From a virus, in IMG/VR virus record IMGVR_UViG_3300011261_000157, positions 4,589 through 68,588 of that record: a stretch of 64,000 nucleotides of DNA, one strand, 5' to 3'. The notes under the pieces are model-generated. The model saw nothing but the letters and a program-made list of their open reading frames with translations. It did not search any database and had not been told where the DNA came from. A program made the position numbers and the translations under genes. Positions 19,460 through 28,501 of this stretch are shown piece after piece; position 1 is the first letter of the stretch, and each line of letters starts with the position of its first letter.

Positions 19460-19630
19460 ATGAACATATTCCCATGGTCAAAGAAATACTGCATACGAAA
19501 CTTCCGAGAACAACTATACTACTCAGAGTTGATGGGGCACACCCCTAACTTGTATACTGTATCTAGGACTTACTTACCTAATATAACTCGTATGTATAAG
19601 ACACCTAATTTGTATTTGTGCGTATTTTAA
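19460..19630 (+). CDS. xVF-terminal microprotein (MNIFPWSK...LYLCVF)
   Basis: Hand-translated, 56 aa, GAGGA RBS. Confidence 0.7.
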   Translation: MNIFPWSKKYCIRNFREQLYYSELMGHTPNLYTVSRTYLPNITRMYKTPNLYLCVF

Positions 19631-19660
19631 TTGACAAAACAACACAAACAATGTTACCTT
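19631..19660 (+). promoter_or_regulatory. possible sigma70-type promoter
   Basis: TTGACA-18nt-TACCTT. Confidence 0.4.
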
Positions 19661-19670
19661 GGAGGTAGCC

Positions 19671-20300
19671 ATGGCTAGAACAGGGAGCTTAGACCCTCTA
19701 TCAACATATAGATACATCGTACATATTAAGATAGATAACAACTACTTAAGCTTTGAAAGACTTGGCTTTGAATCAGTGACCCTCCCTAGAGTGGACCTCC
19801 AAAAGGCCCAGTATAGAGAAATGGGGCGTCACTTAAGCCCTCGTAATATCGTAGAAGGAGCAACTTTCAGTCCGATCACTCTTAGGAGAGGTAAGACTTA
19901 TAGTAATGACTTCTACAATTGGGTAGCTTTAGTATATAGGTCGTTCTATGGTGACAAAGATGGAAATACCTCTAACTACAGAGGGACCATCGTAATCGAT
20001 CATATGGACAGATCGGGAAGCATAATCAAGAAGTACGTAGTACTGAATGCAGCCCCTAGTGCCTATATAGCAGGTTCTAACCTGAATGCCATGGATGACA
20101 CGGCAGTATGTATAGAGACTTTGATGTTGGATTACGAAGGTTACATAGAGCTATCAGCAAGCTCATCCTTCATATCAGCATTAGCAGGAGCCGCGGTAGG
20201 TTCGCTACTCGGAGATACCAGCGTGTTAGAGCCAGGTTTCAGTAATCAGGTTAACGAAGTACTGGAGAACATCGATGCTAGAAAAACATCCTATCGTTAA
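19671..20300 (+). CDS. tail tube protein (gp19-like) 3
   Basis: MARTGSLDPL, YREMG, FSPITLRRG, FYNW, IETLMLDYE; GGAGG RBS. Confidence 0.8.
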   Translation: MARTGSLDPLSTYRYIVHIKIDNNYLSFERLGFESVTLPRVDLQKAQYREMGRHLSPRNIVEGATFSPITLRRGKTYSNDFYNWVALVYRSFYGDKDGNTSNYRGTIVIDHMDRSGSIIKKYVVLNAAPSAYIAGSNLNAMDDTAVCIETLMLDYEGYIELSASSSFISALAGAAVGSLLGDTSVLEPGFSNQVNEVLENIDARKTSYR

Positions 20301-20469
20301 TAGAGTATATTTAACACTTGACAAACCATTCAAATTGAGTATAATAGATTATAAGTGGTCTAGTACCAAGTTACCTTGGGTGGTAGATAAAGCTGTTTGG
20401 AGTGGTTGGAATTACACCTACTTACAAAACAGTTTGAGAGATGGCAAGTACTTAATAGGAGTGTTTTAG
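20275..20469 (+). CDS. xVF-terminal microprotein (...YLIGVF), start uncertain
   Basis: ORF track. Confidence 0.55.
   Translation: MLEKHPIVNRVYLTLDKPFKLSIIDYKWSSTKLPWVVDKAVWSGWNYTYLQNSLRDGKYLIGVF
20318..20345 (+). promoter_or_regulatory. sigma70-type promoter upstream of xVF array
   Basis: TTGACA-16nt-TATAAT. Confidence 0.6.
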
Positions 20470-20645
20470 TGAAATTGGCATATCACGTTTGGGTAAACCT
20501 GACAGAAGCAGCCACTATGTACTACAGGTACGAGAGTAATGAAGAAGAGTGGCCTTTTAATTCTTACATAGAACCATTTAGAGACAACCAATTAATGGGA
20601 GAATCTCTTCTAGATGAGTCGGATCTATTCTTGGTGGTGTTCTAA
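20469..20645 (+). CDS. xVF-terminal microprotein (...LFLVVF)
   Basis: GTG overlapping previous TAG; frame of track ORF 20397..20645. Confidence 0.7.
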   Translation: MKLAYHVWVNLTEAATMYYRYESNEEEWPFNSYIEPFRDNQLMGESLLDESDLFLVVF

Positions 20646-20797
20646 TGGCACGTAACCATGTAGTGGAGACTGAAGCCCGCGTAGCCTACTTCCTATGGAG
20701 ATCTGAACCACGAGATATGAATGGATTACTCCACGTTGCTTATGTAGGTAGTTTAACTAGTCATTACGAAGGTGATGTTATACTGGCGGTATTTTAA
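20645..20797 (+). CDS. xVF-terminal microprotein (MARNHVVE...VILAVF)
   Basis: Hand-translated, 50 aa. Confidence 0.7.
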   Translation: MARNHVVETEARVAYFLWRSEPRDMNGLLHVAYVGSLTSHYEGDVILAVF

Positions 20798-20946
20798 TGA
20801 GGTACTACTTAAATATTTTAATACCTTATCTGACCTACCTATCAGACGAGCAATTTATTGGTAAGCACAATTCTTTAATGCAAGAAGCACTCGGAATCTC
20901 ATACCTAAGTAACGTCTCAGGTAGATGTCTCGTGGTGGTGTTTTAA
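20797..20946 (+). CDS. xVF-terminal microprotein (MRYYLNIL...CLVVVF)
   Basis: Hand-translated, 49 aa. Confidence 0.7.
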   Translation: MRYYLNILIPYLTYLSDEQFIGKHNSLMQEALGISYLSNVSGRCLVVVF

Positions 20947-21099
20947 ATGTACTTCACAGTGTTATTCTTACCTGAGCTACCACATACGCCTCCCAAGACT
21001 CAATATGAGTACGTATGTGGAGGAGCCTACACTCAGCCTTACGCCACAAACAAATATATGATATTCTGGATAGGACATTACCAATTAACTGTATTCTAA
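20947..21099 (+). CDS. xVF-terminal microprotein (MYFTVLFL...YQLTVF)
   Basis: Hand-translated, 50 aa. Confidence 0.7.
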   Translation: MYFTVLFLPELPHTPPKTQYEYVCGGAYTQPYATNKYMIFWIGHYQLTVF

Positions 21100-21113
21100 G
21101 ACATGGAGGAAAG

Positions 21114-21854
21114 ATGTCTAAATTTACACTCCCAAACGGAGTAACCGTAAACGACAAACACTACGCTTTAGTAGAGATTGACGAGCTTAGGGGAAAGCAT
21201 CAAAACATGCTGGTAAACCCCTCACCAAAGACTCCAATTGATTTCGTACTCCCTATCTTGACTGATCTGGTAATCGACATCACCAATGCCGGCGGGGAGT
21301 CAGTAATGTCGGAACTAGACAAGAAGTCAGTACTACTACATAAACTACCTATTCAAGACGTACAGTTCATCATGACCAAGGTAAGAGAAGTATCCTATGG
21401 TAAAGATTACATGATGAAGCTTAAATGCCCTCACTGTAGTGCGTCTAATAATGCTAAGCTAGATCTATCAACCTTGGAAGTATTTCCACGTAAGGATAGC
21501 CTAGCTGAAGATAAGATGATCCTTCCTAAAGACGGACTAGAGTTTAGATACGGCCATATGAGCTTATCTAACCTACTTAAGATGGCCACGGAAGATGAGT
21601 CTGCTGACTTCATGAAGCACATCGTAACAGCTACTACATCATTCATGTTATCTAAATTAGGAGACTCAACTGAAGTCAAGCCTAGTGATCTAGATGAATT
21701 GAAGGCTACTGACATAGACTTCTTGAAGGATAACATACCAGAGTTAGCTTCTATTGATCTTAAAGTGGAACACACATGTACATCATGCAGTGAGGATTTC
21801 GAGCAGGAGTTACCCGTACTGGCGGCTGATTTTTTGCTCCATTCGAGGACTTAG
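21114..21854 (+). CDS. tail assembly chaperone / T4 gp26-like baseplate hub assembly protein
   Basis: ATG after GGAGG; FTLPNG, REVSYG, CPHC and CTSC motifs; precedes tape measure. Confidence 0.7.
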   Translation: MSKFTLPNGVTVNDKHYALVEIDELRGKHQNMLVNPSPKTPIDFVLPILTDLVIDITNAGGESVMSELDKKSVLLHKLPIQDVQFIMTKVREVSYGKDYMMKLKCPHCSASNNAKLDLSTLEVFPRKDSLAEDKMILPKDGLEFRYGHMSLSNLLKMATEDESADFMKHIVTATTSFMLSKLGDSTEVKPSDLDELKATDIDFLKDNIPELASIDLKVEHTCTSCSEDFEQELPVLAADFLLHSRT

Positions 21855-22033
21855 TTAATAAGAACTACGTTCCTCACTATGATCAAATAGTATCAGATAT
21901 GCAATTCTTAGCTGAACACTTCAGTTGGGGGATTGATGACTTTAACAGTATGACTTGGCGTATGCGTAAGGAACTAATGCAGTTCCATATGGATGTGCTT
22001 GAAGAAAGGAAGAAACCACGTGGAAACAGTTAG
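21830..22033 (+). CDS. -1 frameshift extension of tail chaperone (gpE'-like)
   Basis: TTTTTTG at 21830-21836; -1 frame reads FFAPFEDL...LAEHFSWGIDDFNSMTWRMRK. Confidence 0.65.
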   Translation, partial: FFAPFEDLVNKNYVPHYDQIVSDMQFLAEHFSWGIDDFNSMTWRMRKELMQFHMDVLEERKKPRGNS

Positions 22034-22202
22034 GACCTATCTAGTGCACGGTGTTGATTGGGGTGGGGAAATATATTACACATCAGAAGATTCACCGAGT
22101 CCCAGTCCCTGTGGGGATGTTAGAGGGGTGGTCTCTGGCTATGATTCTGGAAGGTCCTATATGGACTGCACCTACTCAGGTTCTGCGTTGGCGGTGTTTT
22201 AA
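22020..22202 (+). CDS. xVF-terminal microprotein (...SALAVF)
   Basis: Frame of track ORF 21993..22202; GTG start after AGGA. Confidence 0.65.
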   Translation: METVRTYLVHGVDWGGEIYYTSEDSPSPSPCGDVRGVVSGYDSGRSYMDCTYSGSALAVF

Positions 22203-22417
22203 TGGGACTCATCAATCACCACACACCCGTTAGACGTAATCCGCATACTCGATACTTTAAAGTGGACTTAGGGACTAGCAACTTACGATACTCAGCGGAA
22301 CCTTATTACGCCACTAGCCCTACTCCTAATTCCTACCCCAAAGGATACTACGCTCCATTGGGCCTCCCGAGTGACTTGTGCTTCACGTACGGGGCTTTAG
22401 TACTCACTGTATTTTAA
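22202..22417 (+). CDS. xVF-terminal microprotein (...LVLTVF)
   Basis: ORF track; TAATG coupling. Confidence 0.7.
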   Translation: MGLINHHTPVRRNPHTRYFKVDLGTSNLRYSAEPYYATSPTPNSYPKGYYAPLGLPSDLCFTYGALVLTVF

Positions 22418-22470
22418 AGAAGCATAGCAAACCTGACAGACGTGTCTGGTATTTTTAAATAAGGAATCAC

Positions 22471-24327
22471 ATGGAACGTGAGATCTCCATTATATTGAAG
22501 GTTAGAGGCGCTCAGGCAGCTAAGAAAGCTGTCCAAGACGTATTTAACCAACAGACTCAGAGCTTAGTAAAAGGATTCAACCAGCAGACTAAGAAGTCTG
22601 GCGAAAACATGGAAAAGGTTGCCAAATCCTCTAAGAAAGCAAAAGAGGGTTTGCAATCATTTACCAAAGTTCTAGGTAGAGGTATGGCAGCGCTATACCT
22701 ATATAACAGAGCTTGGGATGTATTCGGTCGCAATTTCGAATCAGGTATGCAACTCGAAAGAGCAGGTATGCAATTCGAAATGAACATAGGCAGGGTAACT
22801 GAGATGTTACCTGTCTTGCGTACGGCTACGCGAGGGATAGTTTCGGATTTTGAACTTCTAAACACGGCCAACAGAGCTTTCCAACAGGGGTTAAAACCTC
22901 AGAATATGGGAAAAGCCTTTAAGATGGCCACAGTAGCAGCTCAGAGACTAGGTTTAAATGCCACTGACGCTATCAAAACGATAACCAACGCTATTACAAA
23001 GCAGGACGAAGGTGCCTTAAACACACTAGGCATAGTGACGAAGGTCAACCAAGCATATAAGACTCAAGCAGCCATGATCGCCAAGACAGGCGGTGTAATG
23101 AGCAATGCTATGTCGATCCAATTACGTCAATCACTCATCATGCAGGAGCTTGAGAAACGCTTCGGAGGAGTGAATAGAGTACAAGACGACGGACTGTCTA
23201 TCCTAGAGCGCCTGAGAGCCTCTTGGGGCAACTTTAGAGCTGAATTAGGGATAACCCTAGGGTCAGCTTTAAGACCTATTATACAGGTGCTTACGGGCTT
23301 CTTAGATGTGACCACCAGAGTACTTGATAAGTTGAATGATACCTCAGGGTTTAAAGCCTTCGTAAGAGGCATTGCCACATTAGGCATAGCCCTAGGGAGT
23401 ATTAAGCTGGTAGGGACTATCAAAAGCTTAGCAAGTCTATTAGGAGTATTCAGTAAAGGGAAGACTGTGATGAACGTAGCTAAGACTGCGTTTCAGCTTA
23501 GATCGCTAGGTTCCTTGTTTAGTTTAGTGCCAGGCTGGGGTTTAGCCATAACCGGACTAACCTTACTGTGGGACCCCCTAGTAAATATCATAAAGAAAGC
23601 TTGGGTGGCCGGCAAAGTATTCTTCCAGCTACTAAATAACTTCGACGCCTCATCTGGCTTATCGAAGGTCCTGAAAGAAGACGTATCGACACTAGGTACC
23701 ATGTATAATCTCATTGAGAACATAGCTAAACTGACTTTGAATGTCGGAGCCGTGCTATCAGGGTTAGGACAAGGTATCTCAGATGCTTTCTCCCCAGTAA
23801 TAAATATGTTTACTTGGGTAGGCAATAAGGTATCTGACTTCGCAGGTTGGCTATTTGATGTTAAGAAAACAGCAGTAGTAGCACAATCAGGCTTAGATTC
23901 ACTCACAAACTCAACTAGGAACTTAGTTAAGTACTTAGGGTTTGGAGTATCGCTATTAGCTTCGTTTGTGCCAGGCTTACAGGTACTTGGGGGAGTAGGT
24001 GTAGCAGCTTTCGGTAGTGCTATTGTAAAAGACTTGGGACTGCCTGATTTCATGGCAGATGCAGTTGACTGGGCGTTAACACCGTCGCAGGAAGCAGCTC
24101 CAGCAGGAGCACCTCAACCGCAGCCTCAATCAGCACCCTCAACTCAGTTTGCACAGCCGGCCGTAAGATCTATGCATTTAGAATCTAAAGAAGACAGCAC
24201 AGAAGTACTCAAGCAGATATTGAAAGAGAATAAGAAATCAAACACTATGACCGAAGAGCAGGTTCAAAAAGAAGAGATCAAGAACTCTCAGAACCAAGCC
24301 CGAGGGAATATACTACTTAGAAGGTAA
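22471..24327 (+). CDS. tape measure protein
   Basis: Ala/Gly/Leu-rich helical sequence, LNTLGI motif, hydrophobic central segments; follows chaperone. Confidence 0.8.
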   Translation: MEREISIILKVRGAQAAKKAVQDVFNQQTQSLVKGFNQQTKKSGENMEKVAKSSKKAKEGLQSFTKVLGRGMAALYLYNRAWDVFGRNFESGMQLERAGMQFEMNIGRVTEMLPVLRTATRGIVSDFELLNTANRAFQQGLKPQNMGKAFKMATVAAQRLGLNATDAIKTITNAITKQDEGALNTLGIVTKVNQAYKTQAAMIAKTGGVMSNAMSIQLRQSLIMQELEKRFGGVNRVQDDGLSILERLRASWGNFRAELGITLGSALRPIIQVLTGFLDVTTRVLDKLNDTSGFKAFVRGIATLGIALGSIKLVGTIKSLASLLGVFSKGKTVMNVAKTAFQLRSLGSLFSLVPGWGLAITGLTLLWDPLVNIIKKAWVAGKVFFQLLNNFDASSGLSKVLKEDVSTLGTMYNLIENIAKLTLNVGAVLSGLGQGISDAFSPVINMFTWVGNKVSDFAGWLFDVKKTAVVAQSGLDSLTNSTRNLVKYLGFGVSLLASFVPGLQVLGGVGVAAFGSAIVKDLGLPDFMADAVDWALTPSQEAAPAGAPQPQPQSAPSTQFAQPAVRSMHLESKEDSTEVLKQILKENKKSNTMTEEQVQKEEIKNSQNQARGNILLRR

Positions 24328-24329
24328 AT

Positions 24330-25214
24330 ATGGGAATAGGACTACCTAAATTCAATTTGAATAAGAACCTGATCCTAGGCCAAGACGCTTCTGGGTTGGA
24401 CGTTAGGAATCTAGCTCCGCCTAAGCAGCTTAAAATGGCTATTATACCTACTCATGAGCCGTCTAACCCTCTACTTACAACCCTACTCCTTAACCCAGAG
24501 TCGGTAACTGAGAGTAAGGCGGCGAATTGGGTTCAGCAGAATATCCCCGGCCAGTCCGACCCACTACTTCAATGGATCAGTGGATCAGCTAGAACCGTAA
24601 GCTTCACGGCTAAGGTTACTTTGGACATGGCAGAGAACTTCACGGTCAACGCAGGGTCAGACGCTGATATATGGAGCTTAGAGATAGCACCTGAACTTAG
24701 CCGTATCTCAGAGATTACGGACGGTTACAATGCAGCTATTCTGAGTCAATTGTATAATGTATCACTTCGAACTACTGGAGCTGACTTAGATGCTTTATCA
24801 GATCAGCAGAATCTTGACGATAGATCTAGTACTAGATGGAAGCAGAGCATTCAACCTCAGCTAGATTTCTACCGCGGATTACTACTACCTCGTGAAGGTA
24901 GCCGTAAGAACCAAGTTAGAACTCCTCCGCTAGTTAGATTATATATGGGGGATGTACTTGGAGCTGCTAGTTACAGTGCTAATCAAGACTTTATACTGGC
25001 CAGCTACAACTTCAATATAACACAGACCACACCGGAACTACTACCAACTTCGGCAGATGTAACTTTCACCTTCATTGAATACAATGATAAGGGCAAGTCA
25101 CTTAAACCTAAGCCTCCGGTAGAAGTAACTAGAAATCAACCACAGCGAGTAAATGCACTTAACAATGCACCTAGAATACTCGGTGATATAGGCGGGTTTA
25201 ACCCGATAGCTTAA
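24330..25214 (+). CDS. baseplate/tube-initiator protein (CIS tube-like)
   Basis: LNPESVTESKAANW...IPGQSDPLLQWISGSARTVSF, PPLVRL, PTSADVTFTFIEY. Confidence 0.7.
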   Translation: MGIGLPKFNLNKNLILGQDASGLDVRNLAPPKQLKMAIIPTHEPSNPLLTTLLLNPESVTESKAANWVQQNIPGQSDPLLQWISGSARTVSFTAKVTLDMAENFTVNAGSDADIWSLEIAPELSRISEITDGYNAAILSQLYNVSLRTTGADLDALSDQQNLDDRSSTRWKQSIQPQLDFYRGLLLPREGSRKNQVRTPPLVRLYMGDVLGAASYSANQDFILASYNFNITQTTPELLPTSADVTFTFIEYNDKGKSLKPKPPVEVTRNQPQRVNALNNAPRILGDIGGFNPIA

Positions 25215-25222
25215 GGATTGGT

Positions 25223-25363
25223 ATGCGAGATCGCGCAACCGTAATTGTGGGACCGGCTGTATATTACGCGTGGAGTAGAATTTCAGCCTACCCACACCTT
25301 AGTTGTAACTACGTAACTCTACTCCCACTAGATGTAGCTGATTACACACTGGCGGTATTTTAA
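25223..25363 (+). CDS. xVF-terminal microprotein (MRDRATVI...YTLAVF)
   Basis: Hand-translated, 46 aa. Confidence 0.7.
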   Translation: MRDRATVIVGPAVYYAWSRISAYPHLSCNYVTLLPLDVADYTLAVF

Positions 25364-25509
25364 TGAAACTAGATGATTTAATGCAAAGTATAAGATGTCT
25401 GTTTAATCACCACAATATAGGTATTAAGACAGCTATAGATAGAAACGGTAATTACCATAATCACTTCGAGTGTGTACACTGCGGTAAATACATCGGGAGG
25501 ATAAATTGA
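25363..25509 (+). CDS. small Cys/His protein
   Basis: Hand-translated ...RCLFNHH...CVHCGK. Confidence 0.5.
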   Translation: MKLDDLMQSIRCLFNHHNIGIKTAIDRNGNYHNHFECVHCGKYIGRIN

Positions 25510-25691
25510 TGAATATACAAGAGAAAATGATTGAAGTAGCTTGGGAAGGTTTGAAGGATATAGAGATCGTCAAACCCGAACATGAGACTTACTTAAAAAG
25601 CATACTAACTAGCGAATTAAACCGAGCTATGTATAAGGTCTTATCAACTTACGAGAAAGACATCTTAGATAAAGCTAATAAGAGGCAGTAA
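25506..25691 (+). CDS. hypothetical protein
   Basis: ORF track. Confidence 0.55.
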   Translation: MMNIQEKMIEVAWEGLKDIEIVKPEHETYLKSILTSELNRAMYKVLSTYEKDILDKANKRQ

Positions 25692-25824
25692 TGCGTAAAG
25701 TAATATACTGGCTTACAGCCCTGCCAATGCTTCCTCTCTACTTCTACTCTTACTGTTGTCGCCATGATCGTAATTGGGTAGATGCAGCGGTAGAATGGCA
25801 TGATTTATTGATTAAGGAGGAGTA

Positions 25825-26151
25825 ATGTCATACACAGCTAACTCACGCTATCGAGGCTCAACCATCACCTCCGTAGAGACTACCGAAGGACTTAAGAACT
25901 ACACTATCTTAAAGCTACCTATCGAAGTACCGGAGACTGAGTTCGACTTCTACGTTCAGCTCGACTCGACTAATGAGTTCAGACCGGACATGTTAAGTTA
26001 CCAAGTTTACGGCACCGCAGAATATGGGTGGGCCTTGATGGAAATCAACAACCTAAGGTCGTTCAAGGACATGTACATCGGCAATCGACTTAGAATCCCA
26101 CCTTTGGACAGCATTCAAGACGCAGTAAGGGCTTCGCATGACCGTGGGTAG
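25825..26151 (+). CDS. baseplate protein, LysM-like/gp53-like
   Basis: NSRY, RPDMLSYQVYG...WALMEINN, LRIP. Confidence 0.75.
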   Translation: MSYTANSRYRGSTITSVETTEGLKNYTILKLPIEVPETEFDFYVQLDSTNEFRPDMLSYQVYGTAEYGWALMEINNLRSFKDMYIGNRLRIPPLDSIQDAVRASHDRG

Positions 26152-26284
26152 TAGCGTGGTGTACTCAATCGTAGATACAATGTATTCTGAACTAGGTTAC
26201 ATGATGTTATATAATCAGTCTAGAAAGTATCAAATGAAAGCTCGATATATCAACACCAACCTACTGAAACTAGCGGTGTTTTAA
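26138..26284 (+). CDS. xVF-terminal microprotein (MTVGSSVV...LKLAVF)
   Basis: Hand-translated, 48 aa. Confidence 0.65.
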   Translation: MTVGSSVVYSIVDTMYSELGYMMLYNQSRKYQMKARYINTNLLKLAVF

Positions 26285-26285
26285 T

Positions 26286-26429
26286 ATGCAATCAGTGTAC
26301 AGACAGCGGCTATTTAAGTCGGTATTATTATTTAATAGTACCAGCGGGTATAAACACCACGGACTATTCGTAGGAGTTAGGGGCGACGTTAGCTCTTTAT
26401 CTTTCCTATATACCTTAGCCGTTTTCTAG
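26286..26429 (+). CDS. xVF-terminal microprotein (MQSVYRQR...YTLAVF)
   Basis: Hand-translated, 47 aa; ends GTT TTC TAG. Confidence 0.7.
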   Translation: MQSVYRQRLFKSVLLFNSTSGYKHHGLFVGVRGDVSSLSFLYTLAVF

Positions 26430-26441
26430 GAGGGAGGAACT

Positions 26442-26615
26442 ATGAGGTACTTAATTAAAGAGTTCTACTATGCCTTTCTATGTAGAGCTGGCTATAGAAT
26501 TGGAGATAAACCTCCTAAGGGTAAGAGATTATCGGAGTTAGATTCCGAATGGGCTTTTAGACTTAAACATAGAGTTAAGTTAGTCGATGCTTTAGTTAAA
26601 TGGGTGAAGGAATAG
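26442..26615 (+). CDS. small hypothetical protein
   Basis: Hand-translated MRYLIKEFYY..., GGAGG RBS. Confidence 0.5.
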   Translation: MRYLIKEFYYAFLCRAGYRIGDKPPKGKRLSELDSEWAFRLKHRVKLVDALVKWVKE

Positions 26616-26616
26616 T

Positions 26617-26820
26617 ATGAGATATATTAGATCAGGGAAGACCTACTGCTGCGAGTGTAATTATTGTGTAAAAGATGAAAACCAGCAGATCCTCCTATGC
26701 AGGTGTGACTTGGATGAGATTTTGGTAGAAGATGTTACAGAGTCTTCCAAGGTAGGTAAGATAAAGGAGAGGTCCCAAGACTTATCCTTTAGGTTTTCTG
26801 ACTTAAGAAAAGTGAGATAG
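26617..26820 (+). CDS. small Cys-rich (possibly Zn-binding) protein
   Basis: CCECNYC and CRC motifs. Confidence 0.5.
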   Translation: MRYIRSGKTYCCECNYCVKDENQQILLCRCDLDEILVEDVTESSKVGKIKERSQDLSFRFSDLRKVR

Positions 26821-26822
26821 AC

Positions 26823-28316
26823 ATGAGCTATAGAGACGAGTCTAAGAACTTCTTCTTCGACGTTAAAGTATCAACCCCAGATGGTAAAAAGTCAGCCAGA
26901 CTGACCGACACCATCATGCGTATGTGTGCTAAAGCAGATATCATGGAAGCTATAGCTAGTGAGCAGTTAGGTGAAGGGGCCAGCTCTCTAACTCTAACAT
27001 TCATGGAGGCTGACCTACTTCCAGACGACCTTAACAAGACGCCCGCTGAAGGTGTTGAAGGTCGCGGGTACATTACCAACAGAACAGGTGCTTTGATTGA
27101 TTTAAGATTCGATAGTGAGAAAGGATTTACATACGTAACCCCTGAGGAACTAGAATCAGGCTATACGCAGTCGAGTAGAACGCAATCAGCTAAGTCAGAG
27201 CCCGTGGCATTTATGTTTAGCCACAATAATGAAATTGAAATCACTTGGGGCCATCTAGAGCCTAAAGTATCGCGTAAGAGAAAGTTCAAGATCGGCACAG
27301 TTAACTATTCAACTGGAGCCAGCGGGAACACACTTACCATCCAAGCATACACACTTCAGCAAGATCTAGGCAAGCTACAATTAAATGAAGGTAAAGCCTT
27401 CGTAGATAAGCAAGGTCAAGCTAAGTCGTTAAAGCAAGCCCTGTATGACATCTCAGCCGTATTCGGAGCTAGATTGATGTTCGACGGAGAGCTTGTTAAC
27501 CGTCCACCTGGCGTTCGTCCAGACAACTTCATATTAGATAGATCACAAGTAGGCGGAGATACACTACCGACTACAGAAGGAACTCCTCTATATCTAACTA
27601 GAAATCAGAAGATGGATGATTGGATTAAGGAGCTGGCCAACAAGTACAACTCAACCTACGAAGTGTATGATGATCCTTTTACAGGAGAGCCGGTAATAGA
27701 TTTCTCAGCGGAATCACTGAGGTTTAAGAAGGTAATCCGAAGCATCAACTACAGAGACCCTAAAGGTGTAATGTTGGAATTCCAATTCAATACCATAGCA
27801 GGAGAAGTTGATAAGTCTTCAGCCGCGAGCGCCATCGGAGACGATAGTGTTGCTTCAGCAGAATACCAAGCCGTCCGCATGACTGACGGTAGAAGTGAAG
27901 GAACTCAACCTAAAGCTTTTGATACTACTTCAGGTGCTGATTACAACAGTAGAGCCAATGATATACTAGAGCGCGACCTTAACGGGGCATCCATTACAAC
28001 TCCGTCTGACTCAGTTAGTAGCGTTGGAGCAGCAGCTTTCAATTCAACTAACGAGAGATCATTCTTAGGCTTCATTACTGTTAAGGTAGTGGGGCACCCT
28101 GACTTCAGACCTGATGTGATGAAGATTGAAGGCGTCGGCGTAAGAGCTAGTACTACCTACAGATTCTTTCAAGTACAACACAGTCTAAGTGCAAGTGGGT
28201 ACGTGTGTACTATGCAAGGGAAGACTCAAGAGTCAGTAGAGCAAGGTGTTGATAATTTAGATGAATTAAAGCAGAATGAGGACTACGTTGTCGCTCGATT
28301 AACTGACGGTAGGTAA
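26823..28316 (+). CDS. baseplate hub protein (gpD/gp27-like)
   Basis: Synteny; C-terminal VVGHPDFRP...IEGVG...YRFFQVQHSLSASGY. Confidence 0.7.
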   Translation: MSYRDESKNFFFDVKVSTPDGKKSARLTDTIMRMCAKADIMEAIASEQLGEGASSLTLTFMEADLLPDDLNKTPAEGVEGRGYITNRTGALIDLRFDSEKGFTYVTPEELESGYTQSSRTQSAKSEPVAFMFSHNNEIEITWGHLEPKVSRKRKFKIGTVNYSTGASGNTLTIQAYTLQQDLGKLQLNEGKAFVDKQGQAKSLKQALYDISAVFGARLMFDGELVNRPPGVRPDNFILDRSQVGGDTLPTTEGTPLYLTRNQKMDDWIKELANKYNSTYEVYDDPFTGEPVIDFSAESLRFKKVIRSINYRDPKGVMLEFQFNTIAGEVDKSSAASAIGDDSVASAEYQAVRMTDGRSEGTQPKAFDTTSGADYNSRANDILERDLNGASITTPSDSVSSVGAAAFNSTNERSFLGFITVKVVGHPDFRPDVMKIEGVGVRASTTYRFFQVQHSLSASGYVCTMQGKTQESVEQGVDNLDELKQNEDYVVARLTDGR

Positions 28317-28318
28317 GG

Positions 28319-28501
28319 ATGAGCTATGCAGTGATTATGATGGGAAGGTTCAATTTCGTAGGAACACCCCTCAATGTCGTATCTATACCTACAATTACTA
28401 TGACCATCATGTATAACCACAGGCGTCATTTATCAAGTCGATTAGGGATGCCAAGCGCCATCAATGACCTAACTTATGGGTATTGCTTAGCATGTTTTTA
28501 A
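28319..28501 (+). CDS. xVF-family variant (...CLACF)
   Basis: ORF track; first ORF of the array. Confidence 0.55.
   Translation: MSYAVIMMGRFNFVGTPLNVVSIPTITMTIMYNHRRHLSSRLGMPSAINDLTYGYCLACF

Noticed and set aside
20461-21099. CRISPR array interpretation of recurring GTGTTTTAA-like motifs
   Set aside because: Motif is only about 9-12 nt, degenerate at codon third positions and always in frame with a stop; units are 130-250 nt coding sequences; no cas genes
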